From contig OX597816.1 in the NCBI GenBank assembly GCA_951406725.2, positions 86,676,001-86,740,000 of the forward strand: DNA of 64,000 nucleotides. The letters run 5' to 3'. Below are positions 1-13,417 of this stretch, piece after piece. The DNA comes from Octopus vulgaris. Taxonomy: Eukaryota. Position numbers and translations under genes: made by a program. The notes under the pieces are model-generated. The model had not been told where the DNA came from and searched no databases. It saw only the letters and a program-made list of their open reading frames with translations. Position 1 is the first letter of the stretch. Every line of letters starts with the position of its first letter.

Positions 1-249
1 TATTGTGGTAAAAGTTAGGTATATACTCAAAAGTATTCATAAATTTCTATCCTTTTGTTATAATTTTCTTCTTAATAATCCTTTGAATAGCCCCAAACTT
101 TAACTGTATACAATACATCAACATTGTTTAAAATATTTAAGTATAGTATTACATGATAAGACTTCTACAATTACAAAGCCTTCAAAATGTTCACTTGTCA
201 GCTGATTAACAATGGAAAATTTCTCATATGATTTATGGTTTGTGTCTAG

Positions 250-1125
250 AAGCTCAGATACTACTGAGTTACTTTCATGAAATCAATCATTGTATGTACA
301 GAAGCTCGAAATATTGGCAGCTGTGGCATATGTTGTTTTAAATCTGACCAACCATGAAATATTAAGCGTTGAATTTGTAAGGATTTACAGTAAGATGCAT
401 ATAACGTCGAATATACATATTTGGCAACATTCAGCCGTTTCAGCATTTCCAACTCATTTGTTGAAAATTTTTTCTAACAACCAACTTTGAATAATTTAAT
501 GGAACCAGATGGGGATTCAACCAAATGCAGACCCAAATAAGATTCTAATGTTAAAGAATTAACTAATATCAGGTTTATCTATCATAACAAAATCAGTAAG
601 ATGTCATTTGTCGACCACGAGTAAGTACAATAAATCTGTGCTTTCTGTTGGAGCTGTGTATCACAAAGCCAATTTCGGAAAATAGCTACAGACTAGAAAG
701 GCCATTACTATTCATTTCATCTATGCAGACGCGCTCCAAGCTATTTCCCGTATTCCAGTCACAACTTATTCTGGCATTAAATTCGCCATAGAGGATAATT
801 TGTTTGTCAGTTGGTATAGAAAGAATAGCGTAGCTAATAATCACGCGGAGAAGAAATAGAGTTTTATTTTTTTTAAAGAGTTGTTGAAGAGACATAGAAA
901 GTCACATGAGGACTATAAGATATCGCAAAGCAGATTTTAATGATCCAGTGGTTGAGATCGTATAAGTAATCTTCCTCACATTTTTTATGTTCCGGTTCAC
1001 CGAACCAAAAGAAACTCGAGCCACAGCCCATTTCACGTAGTTTATATTCACTAAGAATCGTGTCTCAGAACGAGCACCAATATCGATCTTTAGCGCTTTC
1101 TCACTATTGTCTGTTGAAATGAGGG
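250..1125 (-). mobile_element. Degenerate RTE-clade LINE fragment (APE endonuclease region and linker), frameshifted
   Basis: Collinear minus-strand peptide remnants: LKIDIGARSETRF (cf. RTE LNIDIAALSETR), DKQIILYGEFNARI...W...MNSNGL (cf. DKLILLGDFNARVG...NSNG), then KRLNVAK...W..LK. They lie in different frames with stops. Confidence 0.65.
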
Positions 1126-1189
1126 CAGTACACACGAGCACACATACATACACACACATATATATACAGTGGGGTGAAATCTTTATATT

Positions 1190-1350
1190 ATACTTGTTTC
1201 AATCATAGGATTTCGGCCATGTTGGGACACCGCCAACAAGGCCTTAATCAAACAGAGTGACACCAGTACTTTTTAAACTCTAGTACTAGCCTAATCGGTG
1301 TTACTAAGTAGCAGAGACCCGAACAGACCAGCACCCGTTACCAAGCGAGT
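1190..1350 (-). mobile_element. Old, partial copy of SINE family A (3' part)
   Basis: Diverged match (cttgtttcaatcat...cggccatgttgggacaccgcc...) to the reverse complement of the 3' end of the 28297-28707 SINE. Confidence 0.5.
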
Positions 1351-2524
1351 GTGGCGCACAAACGTATGCACGGAGATACATACATAGATATATGCACACA
1401 GAAACACATACTCACACATATACACGCACACATACTCGCACAAGCACCCCCATACACAATAAAGTTTTGAGAGGAGACTTTAAAGTGCAGTGTTCAAAAC
1501 ATGTTTTTTGTATGTTCCAATTAGTATGTCTGCAGAGCACGTTCACCACTTACGTTTACGTCAGGATACTGACACAGGCCCAGCCACCAAGTCTACAGGC
1601 GTGAACTACACACCCGTCAAATTTTCAACCACGTTGCCACGGATGACACGCACGGCGGAATAACAAAGCGCTCCACAACCTGTTGAGAGCTTTTCCTTCA
1701 AAACCCCTTTCTGACCTTCCTATTCATTCTTTGCATTAGAGTTTTCTATTTTTTACCATTCCCTCAATGTACACCAGTCACCCTACCTCATTAATGTATT
1801 TGTGACTGCTTTAAAGCGCAAGTAGGCTACCAGCGTCCTGTCACACATATTAGCGTAATGTACATCTTATAACACTGATACTCATTATGTAACCTGAGGA
1901 GAGTTCTTCTGCACTGTGGGGTGCATTCCATGTCAATATATCGTCCTCCCACAACGGAGCAGAAGTAAGCCGAAACAACCGTTATGCTTAATACGCATCA
2001 AGAACACTCTGCCTTCCGTATCAATCATTTAAAATATATAGAAATATATATATATAGCGTATTTCAGTCATTTAGGCACATAGTAAACACACACAAACAC
2101 ATAGACACATTCACAGACTTTCTGCCTCTCACTTTCTCGCTCTCGCTCTTCCACGCACGCACCTGTGTATGTGTGTGTGTGAGCGTGCATGGGTGTAGGT
2201 GTGTTTCTGTTAAGGGGTAGCCATGACACTTATATATATTTCCGTCATGGAAAGCCAGTATTTCCTCGCTCTTCACCCATGAATATTGTTTCCTTTACCT
2301 AACTTAACTCACATTCGATTTCCTAACCATTAAGCGTCGGTCGTAAAAGGAAGATTGTTTAGATAAGTTTTTGACAGTATCCTAATGTTATCCGTCTCTG
2401 GTACTTTCTTTTATACTGTTTATAGAGTCTTGAATTGGTATATACCCTGTACTTTCATGCTACACATACTATATATATATATGTGTGTGTGTTTGCGTGT
2501 ATGTGTATATATATATATGTATAC

Positions 2525-2583
<59 letters not shown>

Positions 2584-2782
2584 TATCTATATATATGTAC
2601 ATACATATATGTATGTGTGTGTCTACATGTATGCATGTATGTATAAGAGTGTTCCATTTATAGGAATGATCCGGAGGAATAATTACAAGGTATTTAAATG
2701 TTGCTTAAGTGTCCTATGAATCAATGGTCACACTTCTGTAGGATTTAATTCCCAGGAGAAGTGAGAGATATTAAAGAGAACA

Positions 2783-4303
2783 TAAGAAAAATTGAAAATG
2801 GAAACAACCGCTCAAGATGCTATTAAATCATTTATATCTTCATATCTTCGACATATGTTTCAATGGATGTATTCAAAATACATTGGACAACATGAATGGT
2901 CAGCAATGCATCAATCATATCGGGGAGGATATAAAGAAGAGATATTTTAACAGATATAAAAACTCCAAAATATGTGACGCATATATATATATATATGTAT
3001 ATGCATATACACACATACATATATGCATATATGTATATATATATATATCCAGACATGTATACGTAGCTATACATACATACATACATACATACATACATAC
3101 ATACATACATACATACATACATAAACATACGTGTATAGACTTTTACGCACACATATACGCACAGGAGCATACTCACAAACACATACATACAGGAACAATA
3201 CATATATACACGCATATACATATATGGATAGCGAGGCAGTGAAGGGAACGCTAAAAATTTGAAAATGCCGTTGAGGAAATATACGTCATAGGGTGAGAGA
3301 AGTAGAGAAGGTATAGATGGAGAGAGGGAAAAGAGAAAACAAAGATAAAAGAGAGAGCGAGAGAGGAACAGGCAAAAGTGAATAGATAATAGATGAGAAG
3401 AAAAGATGAAGGGGAGAATAAGGTTTATGGGAAGTAAGAATAAAGAGCAAAAATAATTTGCAGAAATTATTATTAGGTACGGGGTAGGTACTATTTAAAA
3501 AGTGCGAAAGATTGTTTTTTTCCAATGAGAACAACTGTAAATTCGCTTAATAAAATGCTTCGCCAGTTCATGTTTAGAAAAGTGAATAGAAAGTTGCTCG
3601 TCCGTACAGAGAGGGCAGAAATATTTCTCTTTGTCATAGGGGAATGATCTAGATAAAGTTTTCCAATCTAATGAAGAAGATTTAAGGTGCCAAATTAGCT
3701 TACTAAATCCTGTAGAATTATGCTTATGACTCTATTTAATACAAGAAAAGTAGTTCGCCAACCGGGATTTCAAATTCGTAGAAGATAATCCAACATTAAA
3801 TAAATTCCATAGTTCCAGAGGTGATCATGCATTAGGAAACGATATTTTTATAATAAACGATATAGTTTTATTCGGACCACAGTCGCAAGGTCTAATATCA
3901 TTGATATTATTATTTAAGTAGAGATCATCGTTAATATTATTGTTAATATTCTCAATGTTATTACAGTTATCAAGAGAGACATTCTGTTACCTTTTAGAAT
4001 ATAACTGTTATGTGATGATATAATCTACAAGAGATTACTGGTGTTAGAGAAACCAATTCTGATACGGTGTGTGTTGAAATTTGAGTGGTAGCTGGATTTT
4101 AATGGGAAAGGTCGTTTTGATGGCTGACAAAATAAATGAAGGAGGTTACTTTTCATTTGCTTCCTGATGAGATTGATACATTACTGAACAAATTTCATCC
4201 TGTCGGATGTATTTTGAATGTATTCATCGAGACATATGCTGATGATATGAAGATATAAAGGATTTGATAACATCTTGAGAGTTTGTCTCCATTTAAAATG
4301 TTT

Positions 4304-4306
<3 letters not shown>
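2783..4306. repeat. Pair of ~100-bp inverted repeats (2783-2884 and 4204-4306) of a Penelope-like terminal sequence; third fold-back copy at ~48570-48750
   Basis: ctcaagatgctattaaatcatttatatcttcatatcttcgacatatgtttc... at ~2811 is the reverse complement (with mismatches) of ...gagacatatgctgatgatatgaagatataaaggatttgataacatcttgag at ~4230. The repeat carries a GAAACATATGTC hammerhead stem-III-like motif. Confidence 0.55.
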
Positions 4307-4370
<64 letters not shown>

Positions 4371-4404
4371 CATATATATATTATATATATATATGTATGT
4401 ATGT

Positions 4405-5002
4405 ACCAAAGTTTATTTCCAAATGTAAGGTGGTTGTGTCCTACGCAGCGCTACGTTACTACATTTTAACCCCAGGAAAATTTTTTTTCCAGCTGGTTGT
4501 CGACACACGATCTGTGCCTGAAATATACTGTGAGCAAGGGACCGTACTACTACCCTCCAGTTATTAGCAGTACTCGGTATTGGATAACTGCCGGCTAGAG
4601 GTTGGAAGTCGCTCGACCTTACAGTATATAAACAGAGAAGCGACAGACAGGCGCTGATTTCGTTAGGAGCGAAACAGAGTTTTGAATTTTCTAAATGAGT
4701 TTTAAGTACCGAGATTTCAGTTATTTCCAGTGCCTAGAAGAGCAAGTTTTATATTCTCTAAATGAGATTTAAGTACCGAAATTTAATTTAATTCCAGTAC
4801 TCAGGAGGAGAAATAACCCAGAAAGCATGGTCTGCTGATACTGCTAATAGCTAGAGGGGGAGTAGTACTCTCCCTTGTTCAATGTGTATTTCAAACACAC
4901 ATGGTGCGTTGATAACCAGCTGGAAAAGATGTTTTCCTGGGGGTTAAATGCTAGTGTGCGGTATGCGTAGGATAACCACCTTACGTTGGCAAATAAATTT
5001 TA
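4405..5002. mobile_element. MITE/fold-back element with ~165-bp imperfect terminal inverted repeats
   Basis: 4405-4572 (aaagtttatttccaaatgtaaggtggttg...ccagctggttgtc...agttattagcagta) is inverted at 4838-5002. There is an internal ~55-bp direct duplication near 4690-4810, and (TA)n lies close on both sides. Confidence 0.7.
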
Positions 5003-5059
5003 CTGTTCAGTATCGTTAATATTAGATCTCATTTAGTTTTAAAACTAGATGTTTTGCTC

Positions 5060-5106
<47 letters not shown>

Positions 5107-5108
<2 letters not shown>

Positions 5109-5306
5109 TTTTATTGTTTTATACTTTTACATGATTCAGACATTTGATTGCTGTCATGCTGAAGGAAATCAACCTCAGGGTTTATTCTTTGTAAGCCTAG
5201 TACTTATTTTATCTGGTTATTGTGCCGAACGGCTAAGTTACGGGGACTTAAACACACCAATATCGGTTGTCAAGCGATGGTAGGTGGAACAACACAGACA
5301 AACAAA

Positions 5307-5352
<46 letters not shown>

Positions 5353-5504
5353 GCTTCTTTCAGTTTCCGTCACAAGGCTTTGGTCAGCCCGAGGCTATAG
5401 TGAAAGACATTTGTCCATGTTGTCCCGCAGTAGGAGTGGACCAAATCCACTCTGTGGACTATGGTTGGGAATCAAGCTTCTTACTACACACCCACTTCTG
5501 CGGC
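5107..5504 (-). mobile_element. tRNA-derived SINE family A, near full length
   Basis: Reverse-complement match to 28297-28707, including the internal (TA)n tract. Confidence 0.85.
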
Positions 5505-5725
5505 TATATATGTTTATATATAGTAAAAGAATTTATATTTCATGACCCTTCGGCATAACTGAATTAGTCATTCGCGTGAAGATTGTGCACATATGTGCGT
5601 GAAACCAATGGTAGCAGATACAGATCAGAAAATATGAATTCTATTATAATAGGCTCTCGTGAGATTGAGTACTTTTGTGTTGACCTCTTATATATATTCT
5701 ATTCAAACATATGTATGTGTGTTTG

Positions 5726-5775
<50 letters not shown>

Positions 5776-6393
5776 TGTGTGTCTGTGTCTGTGTATTATC
5801 TACTGATATTCAGTTACAACAATAACTTTAAATTCACTAGCATAACTTCAAGAGGCTCTATATTAAACTAGAAAGATTTAAGATATAACAGATATACAGA
5901 ATGGCGAAGAATTTGCCTATATACAGACAATTTTAAAAAGACACCAAAAGAGTTTAGTTGAGGCATTTGTACAGATGTTAAAACTGATAGATAGCGAGAG
6001 AGAGAGAGAGAGAGAGGGAGAGAGTGGGAGAGAGAAAGGGAGCGAAACAAAGAAGCAGACAAGCAAACAAAAAATGCTTTAAAGTTATCGATTAACAATG
6101 TAATGTACAACAAACACACTATTTGCTCCTTTGCACATGAGAATTGTTCACGACGCATAATTTTAAACAAAATATTGAAAACTGGCTGGCTCTCCAAAGT
6201 AAGCCAAGATCTATATTCAAAAAGCGTGCGCATGGAAATTTACATAGACGCATGCAGACACGCACTCACACACACACTCACATATTCACACATGACACAC
6301 ATATATACATACCTACAAACACACACACACATATATATATATAAATATATATATATATTTATATATACACGCATGTAAGTATGTATATATGTG

Positions 6394-6478
<85 letters not shown>

Positions 6479-7033
6479 CTATATATATATATATGTGTGT
6501 ATACATACATATTTATATATACATACATATACATACACACACACACATATATATATATATATACATATATATTTACATACATACATATAAATATATATAT
6601 ACATATATATGCGCACACAAGTAACACGCCAGACTCCAAGGAAAAGCGAGTGTCTCAGTCGGCTAAAAGGAGTTCATCACGTTCAGTAACTAAGGTGATA
6701 ATGATGGGAAATGGCGCGTCACGTTGTAATTCAATTCTTCTTCAACACACGCATTTATTCAATCTGTAACCCGAAGTCCACAACATACATATACAGAAAG
6801 CGACAAACAATTACTTACCCGCAGCAAACAAGCACACACACGCACACAACACATATGTGCACAACCAATGAACACACATACATGCACACACACACACACA
6901 CACACACAAATACACCCACACCTTCTACTCGCACGCACACACGCATATATACTTACGTGCATGTACATATATATATATATGAGGGTAATTATATATGTAT
7001 GCATACATGCATAAATAAATATATGTATATATA

Positions 7034-7090
<57 letters not shown>

Positions 7091-7092
<2 letters not shown>

Positions 7093-7636
7093 TGGCACTC
7101 CGTCGGTCACGGCGACGAGGGTTCTAGTTGATCCGATGAACGGAACAGCCTGCCTTCGTGAGTTTAACGTGGTAAGTGGCTTAGCCCCCCGCAGACACGC
7201 GTACCGTTAACTTAGTTCGCGGGGAGATTCAGCGTGACACGGCTGGCCATTTGAAATACAGGTATAATAGAAACAGGAACAAAGAGTGAGAGAAAATTGT
7301 AGTGAAAGAGCACAGCAGGGTTGGCCACCACCGACTACCAGCCTGCCTTCGTGAGTTTAACGTGGTAAGTGGCTTAGCCCCCCGCAGACACGCGTACCGT
7401 TAACTTAGTTCGCGGGGTGATTCAGCGTGACACGGCTGGCCATTTGAAATACAGGTATAATAGAAACAGGAACAAAGAGTGAGAGAAAATTGTGGTGAAA
7501 GAGCACAGCAGGGTTGGCCACCACCGACTACCAGAGCCTCGTGGAGCTTTAGGTGTTTTCGCTCAATAAACACTCACAACGCCTTGTCTGGGAATCGAAG
7601 CCACGATCCAACGACCGTCAGTCCGCTACCTTAACA
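7091..7636 (-). mobile_element. tRNA-derived SINE (family D) with an internal 193-bp tandem duplication
   Basis: tRNA-like head on the minus strand near 7636-7585. Segment 7146-7338 is repeated almost exactly at 7339-7531. A partial relative lies at ~48066-48185. Confidence 0.8.
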
Positions 7637-7768
7637 CCCACATACACACACACACACACACACACACATACACATATAGTTATACATATACATATATTCA
7701 CAATTATTACAGTCAATACATATATATAATTGTATGCTTGCATCCGTATGTATGTATGTATGTATGTG

Positions 7769-7974
7769 TGACCGCATGTGTACCGTTGGCGATTTTTTTT
7801 CCTCCGTCTTCCCTTCTCTGGATCTTTCCTTATCCTATGTTTCTGACGAAGAGCTCCGCTCGAAACGTTAAACCCTCCTTCTTCCCTTCCTTCCTGAGCG
7901 TCCAATAATACTATATTTGTTCCACGTCCTCGCGTTGTTGTGTTTTCTGTTTGTGTTTTCATGTTTGGATTAAC
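7769..7974 (+). mobile_element. ~205-bp non-autonomous element (Penelope pLTR-like) inserted in (TATG)n; second copy at 61920-62120
   Basis: Two high-identity copies with the same boundaries. Contains a minimal hammerhead motif. Confidence 0.75.
7839..7873 (+). ncRNA. Minimal hammerhead ribozyme-like motif (Penelope type)
   Basis: GUUU-CUGACGA-A-GAGC-UCC-GCUC-GAA-ACGU-U-AAAC: 4-bp stem I, 4-bp stem II, palindromic ACGU stem III (needs dimerisation). One extra A follows the core box. Confidence 0.55.
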
Positions 7975-8465
7975 TATGTATGTATGTATGTATGTATGTA
8001 TGTATGTATGTATGTGTTATGTCGCACGTTCAGATGCCTCTATTACTCTGTTCTTTCTACTCTAGTCTGTTCTAGTCTACGACTCTGACGTCTAGGCTTC
8101 TCCCACTATAACTACGTATTGGGCTAGCCTACTTCATCGTCTGGGGGCGTCCACACAACTGTATGTATGAATATGTATGCATTATCTGAATTATATTTAT
8201 CAGAACGTAGATAAATTAATATTCGTGTTTCCAAGCGACAGTAATTTCAAAGTTTCTTTGGTAAAAGAGTTACATGAGAAGTGTAGCTATATGTTTTTGC
8301 TCTACAGTATATTGATAATTTTCATTAGCTGGAAAAGAATGGAGTCATAGCATAAATTCTATTAAGTAAAAATAACTATTAAAATATATTCCTATCTCAG
8401 CATAGGAAGCTGTCTCCAGATATTATGCGGGATGGGTTAGTCAACTTAATCAATATGCCACACCA

Positions 8466-8509
<44 letters not shown>

Positions 8510-8884
8510 TCACACACATGCAAATATATGTGTGTATGCTTATGTATGTACGCAAGTAAGTATCAGCGCTAAACAGTGATTAGGCATAAGATAGTTAAAA
8601 TATGTTTGTGACATATTTTAACTTCTAAATGCAAATTCACTGCAGATGCCGAAGAGAAAAACACACTATCTGCCCAGTACTGCCACCTACCGGATTCCCA
8701 GACGCAACGTTTCTGTCTCTTTAGCCTTCGTCGGTCGGTGGGAAATGCCGAAGAGAGGTATCTCTGAGCAGATTTAAAGTCGTAGCTTTAAGTAAGAACT
8801 CATCATCAACGTTCACTGAGTTAGACTATTGGGTAACCAGATAGGCATAAATTCAACAGTATCGGCTGACATGGTACGTGATGT

Positions 8885-9375
8885 TGAGAAGCCACAAGCA
8901 AAACACCCGGTGTCCATCACTCCCAAATGGGATTAAGGGTTAGTTACCTCGCCGGTCCATGACACTGAGGTGTTTTAACACCCAGCGCATTGAGAGTGTA
9001 CATACTTCGCTACGCTATTGCAGCCACTGGAAAATACACGATGCATATACATTAAGTATATGTAATTAATAATTTTTATTATACAAGAGCTGTTTTTACT
9101 TCATATGTAAATTTTCTCTTACGTATTCAATATCCGGGCATGCCAGCACATGGTTTTACAAGCAATGTGCATATTAATCGTGGACTGGCTAGATAACTTG
9201 TTTTCAGCCCTGGCAGGTACATGATACTATCGAGCCACAAAAATGGTGAAGCATCCCGTGTCCATCACTCCCAAATGAGACACTTCCCTGTCCATGACTC
9301 TGAGGTGTTTTAACACTCGGCGCTTTAGGAGTGTATACACTTCACCACGCAACTGTAACAACCGGAAAATCCACT
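8885..9375. repeat. Two diverged ~140-bp direct repeats (~8900-9040 and ~9250-9375)
   Basis: gtgtccatcactcccaaatg...gtccatgac(a/t)ctgaggtgttttaacac...gagtgta occurs twice, about 350 bp apart. Confidence 0.7.
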
Positions 9376-10029
9376 GTGTGTAGGTAGGTAGGTAGGTAGG
9401 TAGCTAGCTAGCTAGGTAAGTGGAGAGATAAAGTAGGAAGAGAAAGTTCTCAACTGCAGCGTTATTATCCTATTTTACTTACATCATTTCAAGATTACGG
9501 CATAATATCTATACCCGTGTTCTTGATTAGTACGGTTGATTTTTGCATAGTTAGTTGTGGCTTTAAGAAAAAGTTACGTCATAGCAGAGCAATCATCTTT
9601 TATAACCCATCGGGAAAATATTTATATCTTGGATTAAGCTGGAGGTTTTATCATTGAATGCATATCATTGCAATAAGGTATCTGCCATGTAAACGTGATT
9701 CAGGGGTATGGCAGAATATATTATTATTTTTATGATAATTCCTACATTTTTCAGAAAGAGTATCACATCTGTCTGTATGAGATTTCATAAAATTCTGTTC
9801 AGAATTTAAAATGCAAATTTAACCACGGTGGAGTTTGAACACTGATTGCAAGTAAGTAGACTAAATACAGGTGACTATTTTATTTGATTCTAACAATACT
9901 ATACACATAATAAAATCACTCGTGAACTGACACACACAGATGCATGTATGTGTGTGAGTGCGTGTGTGTGGGCATATGTGTTTGTAACATCTACATTCCC
10001 ACAAACACGCACACAAGCGAAAGGCAAAG

Positions 10030-11370
10030 TCAAAACTACAGATCCATTACTAGTTTTCTTACTGTTTACAAAGCCTTAACTGCAATAATATAGAAGCGGA
10101 TAAATAATTACCTGAAAATAGAAAAAAAAAAGCTCACTTCTTTAGAAAAACAGATAGAAACTATTGCTAAGAGGCTTTTACGATTATAAAGATCAATTAT
10201 TGCTCAACATGTCACATTCAGAGATTTGTAAAGGAAAGAAGAGCCTTGGCATGGCATAGGTTGACTAGTAGATTTTTTTTACGGTATTCTTTGGAAGGTA
10301 TGCGTGGAAACATGCTAAAGAAGAGCAAATCAACATCAATGAAAAGCGGAATATATGTAGCATTTCATGCAGATATAAGCAAAATTGACAATTACTGCAG
10401 TAGATTTCAGTAATCGGTTTATCAATATTGTCATATGGATGATAAGAAATGTAGCAAATTTAAACTATAATGATTATATTTAGAATACACATAACATACG
10501 ATATCCGCCACAGAAACATTTACCCATGAATACAGATGTTAAGGGCTTTCTTAAAAACTACATATCCATATGAAGCAGCTAGAAACGTTTTAAATATACA
10601 GTTTGGGACTTAGTAGATATCAGGGGAAGAATATTGTTAAACGAAAACAATACACAATAAACAGGCACAAAAGAAAACATGTTGTCTTTGATCAAAGAAG
10701 CCAATAAATATAAAACAGAAACTGAGATAACTGTATGAAGGGAGCAGCACAGATTTTGAGAAACATTGTTAAAATACGGGATGAAATTGTTTCTGAACAA
10801 TGTATCCTATGATGATGGAAAGAGAAGCCCTTAATAAATAACTTGATTAATAAGGAGAAAGAAAATAAATTATCTCCATTTTGACTGAGATACATATGCC
10901 TTTAATTTAAAAGGAGGGTTTTCAACGTTGCACGACACCAAAGCCTTTCAGATGTATTAAACATTTTAAATGAAACAATAAAATAATGCCAAAACAATCA
11001 AGAATACACTACTTATACCACTGTTTCTGTCCAAAACAAAACACACGGAGGATTACAACGTTGGAGTTTCCAAACAGTGGAAATTACTTCTGCGTTAGGA
11101 ACTACCAACATAAAAGAAATATTATTAACGCACACAGCAGGAAAAACCAAAGATGTTAACAAAATGTTACACAGATATATATATATATATATATATCAAA
11201 CTGGTTAGTCACATCAAGGAAGTCGGCCGGATATAGTATCAAGGGCAACCAGGAGAGGAAGTTAATAATCCTGATCAAATTTATCAATCCAAACAGACCA
11301 TGTAACTCTAACGGAAATGGGGAACTTATCCAAATATACAGTCGAACCGAGTGTTGGGATCAAAAAAAGA
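10030..11370 (+). mobile_element. Old, heavily decayed R4/Dong-type LINE (RT to RLE region)
   Basis: Plus-strand remnants in order: NYRSITSFLTVYKALTAII (cf. NYRPITCL..YK.LT.II), KDQLLLN...KSLGMA*VD* (cf. KDQLL...LSMAWIDY), HMDD-like, KEANKYKTE (cf. KEADKYKQE in the 21.7-kb copy), EMGNLSKY (cf. EMEKLSKY). Ends in a trinucleotide tract. Confidence 0.7.
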
Positions 11371-11380
11371 TCGGAACAGT

Positions 11381-11565
<185 letters not shown>

Positions 11566-12696
11566 TATGATTTCATTTTCATTTGCCAAGGTGTTCTGGA
11601 TGAGGTGAGATATTACAAGATCAGTTAAAAGTTTATGAAAGGTAAATAAAAGGATGAGTGAAGAGGGAACGTATACATGAAAAGTGTACAATGTGTAGAA
11701 AATATGTGAACACATGGATGGTGTAGTTCTCCTGATATACGATAACTTCCTACTAAGCCAATCAACAAACCCCGCATATTTGATATTATCCCATCCACCA
11801 AAGGTAAAAACACTCTCCGTCTGGTTTTCGCATACTTACAGGGCTATACTTAGTGCAGTTCTATTCACGCTTACTGTTTTTTTTTTCTAGTCACCCACCA
11901 TTTGAAAACTTTGCTGAGGGAGAACAAGTCACTCTGTACCCTTTCCTTTCCAAATGGAACTTGAGATAGGGAATGATGTCTTGGCCGAAGAGGAAAATGT
12001 GTCTTCGTTCGATGCTTTCAACCTCCACCACAGTTTCTTTTGCTATGGACTCCAGACAGGAACACCGCTAGCCCTGTATTTTTAAAAGCGGGTGGTGGCG
12101 GATTTGTCCGACGTGCAGTAACAGCTATACAGTATAAGTCAGCAACGTTCGGAATCTGCACAAATGCATGTAGTATGGTTCGGCGCTTTGCGGGGACTCA
12201 GAGAGACGTGTCTGATGACACATCTCTTTTCTATATATTTTATCTTGAACTGGTAGTGCCCTTCAGTAACTCTGCTAAGCTAAAGATTTCTGGAAGGTCT
12301 CTATATTCAATTTCGACCTCAGAGACATCAGAAACAGACCAACTATTTTATCCTCTTCGATGCTAACTGTTTTCTCATGAATGTCATCTTATTTACTTGC
12401 CGCTAGATCCCTGCATATTGCTTACGTGGAACATCAATGGCACATATTACCCAACTAGTACAGGGACGTTAGAGTGCCTTGTCCAACAATTTAGAAACGA
12501 AATAAATATATTGAATACCTAGACGGACGATTCAAAGCCGAAAAACTAATTAGTACTATTTTTTCTCTCACCACTAGTATATATACATATGTGTATGTGT
12601 TTGAATGTGTGTGTGTGTGAGTGAGTGTGTGTGTGTGAGTGTGTCTGTGTTAGTACTTAAGTATAAACATGTGTACTACCGAAGCTCTTGAGTATA

Positions 12697-13070
12697 CTCT
12701 TTTACTTGCTTTTACTTGTTTAAATCATTTGACTGCGGCCATGCTGGAGCAACGCCTATAGTCGAGCAAATCGACCCCAGGATTGATTCTATCGTACGCT
12801 TTTGCCGAACCGCTATGTTACGGGACGTAAATACACCAGCGTCGGTTGTCAAGCGATGATGGCGTCAAACACAGACACACAAATATATATATATATATAC
12901 ATATATATAGGACGGGCTTCTTTCAGTTTCCGTCTACCAAATCCACTCACAAGGCTTTGGTCGTCCCGATGTTATAGTAGAAGACACTTGCCCAAGGTGT
13001 CACACAGTAGGACTGAACCCAGAACCATGTGTTTCATAAGCAAGCTGCTTACCACACATCCACTCCTGCT
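12697..13070 (-). mobile_element. SINE family A, near full length
   Basis: Reverse-complement match to 28297-28707. Confidence 0.9.
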
Positions 13071-13417
13071 TCTGAATCTCCCTGTAGGTGAAAAGAATCT
13101 CCCCGTAGGTGAACGAGAACGCTAGATATCGATATTATGAGTTACCTTTAGTTCTTTAAATATGTAGGTAAGACACAAAATATCAGCAAACATAATACTG
13201 CAATTCCATCACCTATCAATGATAGGTATTTCATATAAATCATTTAAGATGAGATGCGATAAAATATATATACAAATATATCCTGAAGTTTAGGAGTAGT
13301 AAAATATAAATTGGATTTCCATCAGATCGAGTCGAAAACAATAACTATTTGAAAGAACATATTTGAAAAGAAGATAGTTACAAAATTTCTATAAGAGATA
13401 AAAGTAGTAACTGTGTT

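Noticed and set aside
11900-12366. GC-richer 108-aa ORF as a host exon or RTE remnant
   Set aside because: No convincing splice sites or recognisable domain; only a weak IERRHIFLFG resemblance on the minus strand.
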